From the NCBI GenBank assembly GCA_963770565.1, contig CAVYQE010000002.1, forward strand, positions 544,001 through 608,000: a stretch of 64,000 bases of DNA, written 5' to 3'. A program made the translations under genes and the position numbers. This DNA comes from an uncultured Actinomycetota bacterium. GTDB taxonomy: Bacteria > Actinomycetota > Actinomycetes > JAFAQI01. The stretch's first letter is position 1. Every line of letters starts with the position of its first letter. The notes under the pieces were generated by a model. The model was not told the DNA's origin, made no database searches, and was given only the letters and a program-made list of their open reading frames with translations. This document shows positions 10,045 to 19,688 of this stretch, in pieces.

Positions 10045-11186
10045 TAGACCTGCACGGACAGCAACGGCACGAGCAACTCCTCGTCGGTCAGGGCACCGTG
10101 ATGACCGAGCAACGACGACGACAGCGACTCGCGGCGTCGCTGCACGACGCCAAGGCCGTCGCGAGCGATGGCCAGCACGTCACCGATTCGCTGTCGCGCC
10201 AGTGGGGTCACGATCGTCCCGAATAGCCCGGACCGGACCGCCTCGTCGCCGGTGATCACCCAGGCCCGGTCACCGAGCACCGAGCGCCAGGTCGCCAGCA
10301 CGTCGTCGGCGGCGCCCGGCCTGGCATGGACGTGGCGCATCCGCGGCTCGCCGGCCAGCGCACGCACACCCTCGCGCAGCGGGGAGCTCTCGACGTCGGC
10401 ATCGACGGTCTCCTCGGCCCGCATCACCGCCATTCCGTGGTCCGCAGTGACGAGCAGCGTGGTGCCGACCGGCAGCCGTGACGCCAGCAGTTCGACGTGG
10501 CGATCCACTAGGGACAGCTGCGCGACCCAGGCATCGCTACCGGGTCCGCGCACATGGCCGACGAAGTCGAGCTCCGGTGCATACGCGTACACGAGCGAGC
10601 GGTAGCCACGATCTGCCGCCTCCGCCGCAACCGCAATGGCGTCCCCGCCGGTCGTGACGCCGTTGTAGCTCCCGCCGCGGAAGACCGCACGGGTCAGACC
10701 GGTGCCCTCGAAGTCGCGCGAGCTGACGATGGCCACCGACACACCGGCGTCGGCCGCGCGCTGCCACATCGTCTCCTCAGGTTGAATTACTTCGGGTACG
10801 AGCCGGTCGCGCAGGTCGTCTTTCGTGCCGACCGCGCGCCAGCTCAACCAGTTGACCGCCGCGTCGACTTCTTCCATGTACGTCGAGTAGCCGGTCATCG
10901 CGTGCTGGCCGGCCGGCACGCCGGTCGACAACGACGCGAGCGACGTCACCGTGGTCGACGGGAAACCTGCGGTCAGCTCGACGCATGACAACGACGACAG
11001 ATACGGCGCTGCGTCGGCATGCGCCCGCAGACTGAGCAGGCCCATCCCGTCGACGAGCATCACGACCACTCGCTGCGCGAGCGCGAGGCCGAGCCGGTTG
11101 TCCAAGCCGACTTCGAGCGCGGCAAGCACCGACGGCATCACGTCGGACAGCGATGCCTCGCCGTACCGCGGAATGGCGAACGTCAT
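10044..11186 (-). CDS. Alkaline phosphatase superfamily nucleotide pyrophosphatase/phosphodiesterase
   Basis: LVDGMG, FPSTT, ELDFVGH, TADHGM, GHHG metal ligands. Confidence 0.9.
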   Translation of the reverse strand: MTFAIPRYGEASLSDVMPSVLAALEVGLDNRLGLALAQRVVVMLVDGMGLLSLRAHADAAPYLSSLSCVELTAGFPSTTVTSLASLSTGVPAGQHAMTGYSTYMEEVDAAVNWLSWRAVGTKDDLRDRLVPEVIQPEETMWQRAADAGVSVAIVSSRDFEGTGLTRAVFRGGSYNGVTTGGDAIAVAAEAADRGYRSLVYAYAPELDFVGHVRGPGSDAWVAQLSLVDRHVELLASRLPVGTTLLVTADHGMAVMRAEETVDADVESSPLREGVRALAGEPRMRHVHARPGAADDVLATWRSVLGDRAWVITGDEAVRSGLFGTIVTPLARQRIGDVLAIARDGLGVVQRRRESLSSSLLGHHGALTDEELLVPLLSVQV

Positions 11187-11902
11187 TGCGGCAACCGCAC
11201 CCGCAGCCGACGAAAGCCCTTGCCCTTGTTCTCGACCTTGACGATCTCCAACTCGCCGATCTGCTTGGTCGAGGCGACGTGCGTGCCACCGTCGGCCTGA
11301 GTGTCGAGGCCGACGATGTCGACGATCCGGATCTCGGTCAGCCCGGGTGGCAGCAGGTTGGTGGCGGTGCGGATGATGTCCGGGATCGCGAACGCTTCGT
11401 CGCGCGGCAGCACCTTGACGTCGATCCGGCGGTCCGCCGCCACCTCGACCGCGCACGCCGCCGCAATCGCATCCTTGAAGCCTTCCGGCACCTCGGGCAG
11501 GTTGAAATCCATCCGGGCCTCGAGCGGCTCCATGTTGCCGCCGGTCACCAAGGCACCGAAGTCGCGGAAGACCACGCCGGCCAGCAGATGCAACCCCGAG
11601 TGCGTCCGCATCAACGCAGTACGGCGCTCGTCGTCGAGCGCACCTTGCACGACCGCGCCGACGGCCGGGATCGGATCACCCTCGGCCGGGATCAGATAGA
11701 CATCGTCGGCACTCTTGCGCGCTCCGACGATCCGGGTCTGGACGCCGCCCCACAGCAGCACGCCGGCATCCGGAGGTTGCCCGCCGCCGCCGGGATAGAA
11801 CGCCGAACGATCGAGCACGATGCCCTCGTCATCGGCGCGCAGGACGACCGCGTCCCAGTCCCGCAGGGTCGCATCGTCGAGGTCGAGTCGATGGGTCGCC
11901 AT
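11183..11902 (-). CDS. Alanyl-tRNA editing protein (AlaX-M-like)
   Basis: FYPGGGGQPPD, RTHSGLHLL (HxxxH), DTQADGGTHV. Confidence 0.92.
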   Translation of the reverse strand: MATHRLDLDDATLRDWDAVVLRADDEGIVLDRSAFYPGGGGQPPDAGVLLWGGVQTRIVGARKSADDVYLIPAEGDPIPAVGAVVQGALDDERRTALMRTHSGLHLLAGVVFRDFGALVTGGNMEPLEARMDFNLPEVPEGFKDAIAAACAVEVAADRRIDVKVLPRDEAFAIPDIIRTATNLLPPGLTEIRIVDIVGLDTQADGGTHVASTKQIGELEIVKVENKGKGFRRLRVRLPQ

Positions 11903-11946
11903 GGCTGGCAGATTAGTGTCCGCGCGATTCCGGCTCGCGCAGGGCA

Positions 11947-12270
11947 CTAGCCCCGGTAGGGGCCGTACGGGCCGTCCGAGGACGAGCCGCGAGGACCGCG
12001 GCCGCCACCCCGACCACCGGCATCGCGGATCGCGGGTCGGACATCGACGAAGTAGATGATCGCAGCGATCACGCCGACGATCGTGATGAAGAACCCGACC
12101 AGGAGCACGAGCACCCAGAAGATCTTGGTCTGCTTGCCGGCCGCGACGTACGACCCGTCACGGCGGATCAGCGCGTCGATCAAGGCGACGAAGACGAGCA
12201 GCCGGGCCGCAAGATAGACGATGAAGAACGCACCGTGCAGCGGAAACAGCAGCACCGAGGACATGATCAA
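11947..12270 (-). CDS. DUF2516 family small membrane protein
   Basis: R.DGSYVAAGKQTKIFW...AIIYFVDVRPA, Gly-rich tail ending DGPYGPY. Confidence 0.85.
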   Translation of the reverse strand: MIMSSVLLFPLHGAFFIVYLAARLLVFVALIDALIRRDGSYVAAGKQTKIFWVLVLLVGFFITIVGVIAAIIYFVDVRPAIRDAGGRGGGRGPRGSSSDGPYGPYRG

Positions 12271-12314
12271 AGGCTACGCCGGAACCACCTCGAGGTCCGG
12301 AGCGTCGAATCACT

Positions 12315-13262
12315 ATGAGCAGTTGGCGAGTCCCAGCAATGATCGCCGCGAGCGCGCTGATCGCAGCCGGCTGCGCAAGCGCAAGCAGCGGCGCCCAGGT
12401 CGGCGTCGGCGCCGTGACCGGCCTTCAGACTGCTCACACCGAGACTGCGTCCGAGGTGGCCAACCAGCTGCTGGACATTGCGCAGGTGCCGCCGGACGCG
12501 GTCCGCACGGACCGGCCGGCAAACCCGTCCCTCGCGCAGCCGCCGGACGAGCAGGTCGCGTCCGGTTTGGTGGTCCGGATCCACTGGTGGCGGGTCAATC
12601 AAGCGTGGACCAGCGTCTACGCCTGGGTTGCCCGCCACCAGTCCGACACCCTGGCCAGCATGGGGAGCAGCTCCAGCGGCGGTCCGGCGCTCAACGACCA
12701 GGAGCAGTCCGCCGACTTCGGGCTCAAGCACCTTCCGGCCACGATCAACACCGCTTTGCTCTCGGTTGCGGTCGCCCCGCTGCCGGGCGGCGCCAGCGCA
12801 ATCGGTGCCTATGCGCTGGTCATTCCGCAGCCGCCGCGCCCCGCGGTCGAGGACGTGCCACTGAGCGTTCACAGCGTGACGGTCATCACCCGCCGGACCA
12901 CCGGTACGCCGGACAGCGGCCAAATCCTCGGTCGGCGCACCCTCACCGGCGCAGCCGCCCGGCAGCTGATCACCGACTTCGACGCCATGACCGTGCAGCC
13001 CGCCGGTGAGCAGTTCGGCTGCCCGATGTCGTTCATCACCCAGACCGCCCTGTTCCGCAGCGGATCACGGCTATGGCAGGCGACCAGCGGCGTGTGCATC
13101 GGGGTCGGTGTCACGCTCGACGGCCACCAACTGCCGACGTTGAACTCGAGCAACGCGTTCACCCACGACCTGCGCGCCGCGTACGGACGGCCGTTCCCGG
13201 GTGCCCTCGGCCCGCAGCCGATGGCGGGCGCCACCACCCAGAGCTCGACCGCCAGTCACTAA
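12315..13262 (+). CDS. Hypothetical lipoprotein (paralogue of the next gene)
   Basis: Lipobox IAAGC; aligns by eye with 13272-14474. Confidence 0.75.
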   Translation: MSSWRVPAMIAASALIAAGCASASSGAQVGVGAVTGLQTAHTETASEVANQLLDIAQVPPDAVRTDRPANPSLAQPPDEQVASGLVVRIHWWRVNQAWTSVYAWVARHQSDTLASMGSSSSGGPALNDQEQSADFGLKHLPATINTALLSVAVAPLPGGASAIGAYALVIPQPPRPAVEDVPLSVHSVTVITRRTTGTPDSGQILGRRTLTGAAARQLITDFDAMTVQPAGEQFGCPMSFITQTALFRSGSRLWQATSGVCIGVGVTLDGHQLPTLNSSNAFTHDLRAAYGRPFPGALGPQPMAGATTQSSTASH

Positions 13263-13271
13263 GGAGCCCCC

Positions 13272-14474
13272 GTGATCCGCACCCTTGCCCTGAGCACGGC
13301 CGCCGCGTTGGCGGTCGGCAGTGGCGGCGCCGCCCTCGCGTCCTCCGGCGGTGACGCCGGCGGCACCGCTACTGCAGTCGCAACCGCCAAGGCGCTTCTC
13401 GCCGAGGCACCCGTGATCACCGGTGCGACCCGGTCCGCCACCGCCCCGGTCACCCAGCTCAAGCGGGCGCCGGAGCTCGCGGAGTACACGAAGCTGGTTC
13501 AGCGCAAGCACTACTGGACCGTCGACGAGCCGTGGCGAAAGGCCTATGCGGACCTGACCGCCACCGTTCCGAGTGGCTTGGTCTCCGACGGAAGCGGGAG
13601 CTCGAGCGGGCCGAAGGGGTCTGACCGCGAACACTTTGCGATCGAGAGCGCCGACCCGCTCCCGGCCGGCATCGCCTACGCGGTCCTGCTCATCGCGGTC
13701 GCGCCCGACGGTCACGGCAAGGCCGCGATCGGGATCTACGCGCAAGCCGTGCCGCAGCCGCCCCGGCCGGCCTCCGAACTGGTGCCGACCTCGGTGAAGC
13801 GCGCTCACGTGAAGCTCCACACCCGTACCGGTCACACCATCCGGAGCAACACCGTGACCGGCAGTGCCGCTGCGACGCTGGTCGCCGACTTCGACGCACT
13901 GGTCGTCCAGCCGCCCCAAGCGATCGCCTGCCCGGCCGACTTCGGCCGCAGCGAGATCGTGACCTTCCACTTCGGTGACGTCACGATGGTCGGAAAGACC
14001 GGCGTCTGCAACGTTCTCGCGGTCACCCGCAACGGGCACTCCCTTCCCGCCCTGCAGTTGACCACGGCGTTCTTGCGCGACCTCCGGAACGACCTCGCCC
14101 CGGCGACCGGGTCGGCGCACAACCCGAAGCGACCGCCGACCGAGCACATCCCGCTCTCGATCCACCGGGTGCAACTCGTACGCCGCAACCTCACCGGCCC
14201 GCCGGATCGGCGCAAGGTGACCGTGACGGGCCAGGCCGCGACCAGGCTCGTGCGCACCTTCGACGCCATGAAGCGGCAACCGAGGCACTACGTGCACTGC
14301 CTCCTGGTGGGCGGGCCGGAAACGATCGTCACCTTCCGGAGCGCCGCCCACACCTGGGTGGTCACGGAGTCCGCGTGCACCAACATCGTGGTCACTCGCG
14401 ACGGCAAGCCGCTGCCGACACTGCTCCCCGGCATGGCGTGGGAGCGAGCAGTAGGGCACGACCTGGGAAAGTAG
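13272..14474 (+). CDS. Hypothetical secreted protein with a duplicated two-Cys domain
   Basis: Signal peptide, AAGGAG SD; two copies of P.RP..E..P.S...TVTG.AA..LV..FDA...QP...C...VTF...C....VTR.G..LP.L. Confidence 0.75.
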   Translation: MIRTLALSTAAALAVGSGGAALASSGGDAGGTATAVATAKALLAEAPVITGATRSATAPVTQLKRAPELAEYTKLVQRKHYWTVDEPWRKAYADLTATVPSGLVSDGSGSSSGPKGSDREHFAIESADPLPAGIAYAVLLIAVAPDGHGKAAIGIYAQAVPQPPRPASELVPTSVKRAHVKLHTRTGHTIRSNTVTGSAAATLVADFDALVVQPPQAIACPADFGRSEIVTFHFGDVTMVGKTGVCNVLAVTRNGHSLPALQLTTAFLRDLRNDLAPATGSAHNPKRPPTEHIPLSIHRVQLVRRNLTGPPDRRKVTVTGQAATRLVRTFDAMKRQPRHYVHCLLVGGPETIVTFRSAAHTWVVTESACTNIVVTRDGKPLPTLLPGMAWERAVGHDLGK

Positions 14475-14477
14475 GGC

Positions 14478-14888
14478 GTGCTCTCGATCACGCTCGAAGA
14501 CTTCCGCCTGTTTCTCCACGTGCTGGCCGCGACCGTCTGGGTCGGCGGGCAGATCACGCTCGCCGGCCTAGTGCCGGTCTTGCGCCGGCTCGGTGCCGAC
14601 GTGCCGAGGACGGTCGCCAATCGGTTCAACCCGATCGCGTGGTCGGCCTTCGGCGTACTGATCGTGACGGGGCTGTGGAACATCTCGGCCGACCACGACC
14701 AGGTCTCGCACGACTCGCACTTCCGTAACACGTTGATCCTCAAGCTCGTCGTCGTCGCGTTGTCCGGTCTCGCGGCGTACCTGCACATCAGGGCAAAATC
14801 CAAGGCCGGCAACGCGATTTGGGGTGCGGCCACGGCATTGTTCGCCCTGGGGGCGCTCTTCCTCGGCCTGGTGCTGTCGAACGGCTGA
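14478..14888 (+). CDS. Small CopD-like four-TM membrane protein
   Basis: LFLHVLAATVWVGGQITL, KLVVVALSG..AYLH. Confidence 0.75.
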   Translation: MLSITLEDFRLFLHVLAATVWVGGQITLAGLVPVLRRLGADVPRTVANRFNPIAWSAFGVLIVTGLWNISADHDQVSHDSHFRNTLILKLVVVALSGLAAYLHIRAKSKAGNAIWGAATALFALGALFLGLVLSNG

Positions 14889-14901
14889 CTGACGTACGCG
14901 G

Positions 14902-15672
14902 TCAGCTCGCGGTCACGAACCACCGGCCATCGACGGCGAACGCCCGGATCGGCCGGCCAAAGCACTCAGTCAGCAGCGTCGCGTTGCCGAGCAACGAAGC
15001 GTCGCCGGATGCGACGATCCGGCCGGCCCGGAGCAGCGCCACATGGCTGGTCGTCGCGGGCAGCTCCTCGAGGTGGTGCGCGACCATCACGGTGGCGAGC
15101 CGCGGATCGGTCGCGGCGACCTCCAGAGCGGCCAACAGATCCGCGCGGCCGGGCAGGTCGAGGCCGGCGGCCGGCTCGTCGAGCAACAACAGCTCGGGCC
15201 TCGGCACCAGGGCGCGCGCCAGCCGGGCCCGCGCCTGCTCGCCCTGCGAACAGACCGCGATCGAGCGACTCTCGATGTCGGCGAGACCGAGTTGTGCGAG
15301 CAGCTCGGTCACCCGCGACCCGACGGCTGCACCGACGGGGCCGAACGACTGCACCGTCTGTGTCTCACCGGTCTCGACGTAGGACCGCACCGACAGCTCG
15401 CGCGGCAGTCGCAACCGGACGTCGACCGCGCCGATCCGCCGGCGCAGCTCACGGACATCGACCCGCCCGAGCGGCTCACCCAACAGCTCCACGGTTCCCC
15501 GCGACGGGAACCGCTGCGCGCCGGCCAACGCGAGCAACGTCGACTTGCCGGCACCGTTCGGGCCCAGCAGCGCCCAATGTTCACCCGCCGCCACCTCGAA
15601 GGTGACGTCATGCAGGACGGTCGGCCCGCCGGCGAACCACAGATCGACACCGCGCAGGCTGACGACGCTCAC
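14902..15672 (-). CDS. ABC transporter ATP-binding protein (ModF/YlmA-like, orphan)
   Basis: GEHWALLGPNGAGKST, CSQGE, LLLLDEPAAGLD, HHLEE. Confidence 0.9.
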   Translation of the reverse strand: MSVVSLRGVDLWFAGGPTVLHDVTFEVAAGEHWALLGPNGAGKSTLLALAGAQRFPSRGTVELLGEPLGRVDVRELRRRIGAVDVRLRLPRELSVRSYVETGETQTVQSFGPVGAAVGSRVTELLAQLGLADIESRSIAVCSQGEQARARLARALVPRPELLLLDEPAAGLDLPGRADLLAALEVAATDPRLATVMVAHHLEELPATTSHVALLRAGRIVASGDASLLGNATLLTECFGRPIRAFAVDGRWFVTAS

Positions 15673-15691
15673 GCAGTGGCACGCTAGTCGT

Positions 15692-16216
15692 ATGACGCCT
15701 CCAGACCCCGCTGAGCTCGCCCGACTCGAGCAACGACGCGCCGACCTGCGCGCGGCACACCTTCAGCCACCCGGCGAGCGCCCGCCCACCAACGGCCGCG
15801 GGATCCACCACGCCGCCCTGATCTGCAGCGACGTCGAGCAGACGATCGCGTTCTACCAAGGGCTGTTGGGATTCCCGCTGATCGAGCTGGTCGAGAACCG
15901 CGACTACCCCGGCTCGACGCATTTCTTCTTCGACCTCGGCAACGACACCCTGCTCGGCTTCTTCGACTTCCCCGGCCTCGGTCTCGAGCAGGCACCGGAA
16001 GGGTTCGGCGGGGTCCAGCACATCGCAATCTCGGTGCCGCCGGACGCCCACGCGACGCTGCGGGCGCGGCTCGACGAGCAGGGCATCCCCTACGACGGAC
16101 CGCAACGCGGGATCCCCGAGTCGCTCTACCTGCGCGACCCGGACGGCATCGGCATCGAACTGTTGTCCGATCCGCTGATGTGGTTCGGCGGGCAATGGCT
16201 GGACGGCCGCGCCTAG
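15692..16216 (+). CDS. VOC/glyoxalase family protein
   Basis: GIHHAALICSD, QHIAISV, SLYLRDPDGIGIEL. Confidence 0.9.
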   Translation: MTPPDPAELARLEQRRADLRAAHLQPPGERPPTNGRGIHHAALICSDVEQTIAFYQGLLGFPLIELVENRDYPGSTHFFFDLGNDTLLGFFDFPGLGLEQAPEGFGGVQHIAISVPPDAHATLRARLDEQGIPYDGPQRGIPESLYLRDPDGIGIELLSDPLMWFGGQWLDGRA

Positions 16217-17097
16217 AAGTGCCGCGCGGCGTAGGTCCAGTGCATCCCGACCAGGATGACGCCGACCAGGCACAGGTACGCCGTCCCGATCCTGGCCCGC
16301 TGAGCCGGCAGCAGTGAGAAGTAGACCCGCGAGGCCTCGCTGTCCCGCCCGCGCCAGCGCCGGTAGAGCTCGTACCCGCCCAGGATGAGCAGGATTGGGA
16401 TCACCGGGCTCGGCCGGTAGATCTCGAAGCCGAGCAACCCGATCAGGCCGAGCAGCCAGATCGCCGGATGCAACGCACCGGCCACCCGGCCGCCGTCGAG
16501 CGGCAGCGCGGGGAGAAGGTTGAACAGGTTCAGCAGGAGGCCGGTGAACGCCAGGCTGCGGAGCAGGTCCGATCCGTCGAGATGGGCGAGGTAGCCCACC
16601 GCCAGCGCGCCGGCGGTCCCGGCGATCGGCCCGGCCAGGGCGGACTCCGCCTCCTGGTAGACCGACTGCGGCATCGACTTCATCGAGACGAAAGCCCCGA
16701 GGAACGGCAGGAAGACCGGCCAGCCGGCCCGGATCCCGCGAGCCCGCAGCACCACGACATGACCCATCTCGTGGACGAAGATCAGCAGCACGAAGCCCAG
16801 CGCGAACTGCCAGCCCCAGATCGAGGCGTACGCGGCAACCGACACCGCCATCGACCCGACCAACACCACCGACTTGAGCTTGATCAGGACGACCCCGAAC
16901 TTGGCCAGGAAGGCCCCGATCCCGGCCAGCGGCGCGAGGGCGCGCTTGATTCGCGACCCCTGACTCTGCGGGTCGGCCCCGGCTGCCCTCGGCACGGGTC
17001 CGGACTCCGACACCGGCACGGGCACCGGCGTCGGCGCCCACGGGTCGGGCGGCGTCATCGGACGCCACATCTCCTCGGTCACCTCTCCATAGTGCAC
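16213..17097 (-). CDS. Site-2 protease (peptidase M50) family protein
   Basis: HEMGH within a TM segment, ALAGP, NLFNLLPALPLDGG. Confidence 0.92.
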   Translation of the reverse strand: MHYGEVTEEMWRPMTPPDPWAPTPVPVPVSESGPVPRAAGADPQSQGSRIKRALAPLAGIGAFLAKFGVVLIKLKSVVLVGSMAVSVAAYASIWGWQFALGFVLLIFVHEMGHVVVLRARGIRAGWPVFLPFLGAFVSMKSMPQSVYQEAESALAGPIAGTAGALAVGYLAHLDGSDLLRSLAFTGLLLNLFNLLPALPLDGGRVAGALHPAIWLLGLIGLLGFEIYRPSPVIPILLILGGYELYRRWRGRDSEASRVYFSLLPAQRARIGTAYLCLVGVILVGMHWTYAARHF

Positions 17098-17129
17098 GGC
17101 TGACCTGAAATTCGGCCGCCCTCAACAAG

Positions 17130-17167
17130 CCGATGCCCCGATGAGCGCGGGCTCATCAGGGCATCGG
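17130..17167 (-). terminator. Stem-loop terminator downstream of the HBHA-like gene
   Basis: CCGATGCCC-c-GATGAGC/GCGG/GCTCATC-a-GGGCATCGG hairpin, followed by CTTGTT on the minus strand. Confidence 0.7.
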
Positions 17168-17191
17168 GTGGGGCGTCACATCACGACGGTG

Positions 17192-18043
17192 TTAGTTGGT
17201 CGCGGTGTGGCCGTTCAGGTTCGGCGACTCCATCGATGACTGCTCCGGGGCCGTCTCCTGCACCGTGCTCAGCGGCGCGGTCACCTCAGGCATAACCGCC
17301 TCGGTCGTGACAACATCCGGCAGGACGATGCTCGGCGTGACCGGTGCGGCCGTGGCCTTCACGACCGGCTTCGGCGCAGCGGCCCGCTTCTTGGTGCTGG
17401 GCTTCGCTGTTGCCTTCTTGGTCGCGGTGGTCGTGGCCTTCTTGGCGGTTGCCTTCTTGGCAGTCGGCTTCTTGGCGGTTGCCTTCTTGGCACTCGCCGG
17501 CTTGCCGGCGGTCTTCGCCGACAGCTTGCTCGCCGGCTTGCTGGTCGTGGCAACGTCGCCACGCAGGCCGGCAACGACCTTCTCGCCGCGGACGGCAAAC
17601 TCGGTGTACGCCGCCGCCGCCTTCGAGGTCAGCTCCTCGGCCTGCTTGCGGACCGTGGTGGTGAACTCGTCGACCTGCTTGCGCAGATCGCTCGGGAACG
17701 ACTCCGCCTGCTTGCGCCACTCGGCCGGGAACTCCTCGACCTGCTTGCGCAGCTCAGCCGGGAAGGTGCTGGCCTGCTTGCGCAGGGAAGCACGCAGCTC
17801 CTCGGCCTGCTTGCGGACGTCGGCCGGCAGCGACTCGGCCTGCTTGCGAAGCATTGCGGCCTGGCTCATTGCCTGCTTGCGGAACTCGGCCCGCTGCGCC
17901 CGACGAGCGGCCGCAAATGCGGGGATGTCCTTCACCTGGGTGGGAAGCGCGGTCGCCCGGGTGCGGATGCGCTCGACCGCGAGGTCGCTCACGCCGGCAA
18001 TCGCATAGAAGGGCTTGGGATCAACAGTTGGGGTGGTAGGCAT
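17192..18043 (-). CDS. HBHA (heparin-binding hemagglutinin)-like protein with 11-aa repeats and Lys/Ala tail
   Basis: KPFYAIAGVSDLAVE start, AYTEFAVRGEKVV, AKKATAKK tail; downstream of an Rv0474-like regulator, as with mycobacterial hbhA. Confidence 0.8.
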   Translation of the reverse strand: MPTTPTVDPKPFYAIAGVSDLAVERIRTRATALPTQVKDIPAFAAARRAQRAEFRKQAMSQAAMLRKQAESLPADVRKQAEELRASLRKQASTFPAELRKQVEEFPAEWRKQAESFPSDLRKQVDEFTTTVRKQAEELTSKAAAAYTEFAVRGEKVVAGLRGDVATTSKPASKLSAKTAGKPASAKKATAKKPTAKKATAKKATTTATKKATAKPSTKKRAAAPKPVVKATAAPVTPSIVLPDVVTTEAVMPEVTAPLSTVQETAPEQSSMESPNLNGHTATN

Positions 18044-18153
18044 TTCGGACCTCCTGGACCGATGTCGTGGCGCGGTTCGGCGACACGAGGATGATCAGCT
18101 TTGTCTTCCGGCGAGTGGCTTCGCGTCGCGCGGGCGCGCCACCGCCCGCCCGG

Positions 18154-18657
18154 CTATCTGGCGCGAGTGTCTGGCTTGCTCGCCGCCTTCTTCGTGGGTG
18201 CGGGCGACGACGACGCGCGCGGCTTCGCGCGGCGGGCTGTCCGCGTGCGGGACGGTGTGGTGGGTTTCGGTTCGTCGGCCGCGGGCGCTGCCGCTTGGGC
18301 GGGCACGCCACTGGTCGCGGCGCTCTCTCGGCGGTAGGCCTCGTAGAGCTCGAGCAACACTTGCTTCTGCCGCTCGGCGAGATACGCGTCGGACAGGATC
18401 GCGGCTGGGACATCGCTGTCGCCGTAGCGCTCCTCGAGAATGCCGGCCTGCACATACAACGCCTCGGCCGAGATCCGCAGCGCCTTCGCGATCTGCTGCA
18501 GGATCTCCGCACTCGGCTTGCGCAGCCCTCGCTCGATCTGGCTGAGATAGGGATTGGAAACGCCGGCCAAAGTCGCCAGCTGCCGCAACGAGATCTGTGC
18601 GGTCGACCGCTGCTCGCGGATGTAATCCCCGAGATTGCGTACGTCGATTCTGGCCAC
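18154..18657 (-). CDS. XRE-family HTH transcriptional regulator (Rv0474-like)
   Basis: LGDYIREQR..AQISLRQLA..AGVSNPYLSQIERGLRKPSAEILQQIAKALRISAE. Confidence 0.93.
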   Translation of the reverse strand: MARIDVRNLGDYIREQRSTAQISLRQLATLAGVSNPYLSQIERGLRKPSAEILQQIAKALRISAEALYVQAGILEERYGDSDVPAAILSDAYLAERQKQVLLELYEAYRRESAATSGVPAQAAAPAADEPKPTTPSRTRTARRAKPRASSSPAPTKKAASKPDTRAR

Positions 18658-18663
18658 GAACCC

Positions 18664-18709
18664 ATCGTAGTCCGTTCCGCTAACTATTGCAAGCACCTAG
18701 CAAGCACCT
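18664..18709 (-). promoter_or_regulatory. Sigma-A promoter of the leaderless XRE gene, with an overlapping direct-repeat operator
   Basis: TTGCAA-N17-TACGAT, 6 nt before the GTG; GCAAGCACCT twice (18689-18698, 18700-18709), overlapping the -35. Confidence 0.7.
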
Positions 18710-18734
18710 TTCGGTGCGTGTTTCCGGAGCCGGC

Positions 18735-19688
18735 TCAGAGCGTCGCGCGGGTCTCTCCGACCGGCTCGCCGTGTCCCAGCACCGGGGTGGTCGCAAGGTC
18801 ATCGAGCGCAGGTGCACTCACATCGAGGGCACGCAGCGCGGCGACCAATACCGGAAGCCTGGCTCGCTCCGCACCGTCGTCGATCTTCACCGCGACGGCC
18901 CGGCCGTCGGCCATGGCTGCGGCGTAGACGCCCTCGGCGCCGTCCTTGGCGATCAGCCCGGGCACGCCCGAGATCAGCACGGTGACGTCGCGGCCGGCGC
19001 CGCCGATCAGGTCGGGGTGGGCCCGCATCGCGGCCACGCAACGGTGCTCCGGGCTGCCGTCCGGCGCCGTCGCCAGCCGCGCGAACGACCGGGCCAATCC
19101 GAGCAGTGTCACGGCAAACAGCGCCGCCCCGCAGCCATCGACGACGCTGGCGGTGACAGTGTCGCCGGTGAGCTCCTCGATCGTGGCGCGAAGCGACTGC
19201 TGCAAGGGATGCGCGGGATCGCGATAGCCCGCGGTCGGCCAGCCGGCCGCCACGCACGTCGCCACCATGCCGGCATGCTTGCCCGAGCAGTTCTGCGCGA
19301 TCCGGCTCGGCCCCTCGCCGGCCCGGATCATCGCTCGTCGGGTCTCGCCGTCGATCGGCATGCCCGGGGTGTTGTCCAGATCGGTCTCGTCCAGCCCGGC
19401 CCGGGCGAGCAGGCTGCGGACCACCTCGACGTGGCGGGGCGTGCCGGAGTGGCTCGCGCAGACCACCGCGAGCTGCTCGTCATCTACCTCGAGACCGGCC
19501 CGCAACATGCCGGCTGCTTGCAACGGCTTGGCGCTGCTGCGCGGCAGCATCGCCGCCGAAGCGGCGCCCAGCGCGACCGCCACGGACCCGTCGGCACGTA
19601 GTGCGACCACGCTGCCGTGATGATGACCTTCGACGAAGCCGCCACGGATCACTTCCGCGACGACCGGCAGCTCGGCCGCTGGGGTCAG
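18735..19688 (-). CDS. L-asparaginase II family protein (start uncertain)
   Basis: RSSAKPLQA, ASHSG, NCSGKHAGM, VDGCG, AKDGAEGV. Confidence 0.92.
   Translation of the reverse strand: MTPAAELPVVAEVIRGGFVEGHHHGSVVALRADGSVAVALGAASAAMLPRSSAKPLQAAGMLRAGLEVDDEQLAVVCASHSGTPRHVEVVRSLLARAGLDETDLDNTPGMPIDGETRRAMIRAGEGPSRIAQNCSGKHAGMVATCVAAGWPTAGYRDPAHPLQQSLRATIEELTGDTVTASVVDGCGAALFAVTLLGLARSFARLATAPDGSPEHRCVAAMRAHPDLIGGAGRDVTVLISGVPGLIAKDGAEGVYAAAMADGRAVAVKIDDGAERARLPVLVAALRALDVSAPALDDLATTPVLGHGEPVGETRATL

Noticed and set aside
9526-11186. Anti-phage or ADP-ribosylation system (macro domain + phosphodiesterase)
   Set aside because: Both are common housekeeping-type proteins and no ADP-ribosyltransferase, sirtuin or effector is adjacent.
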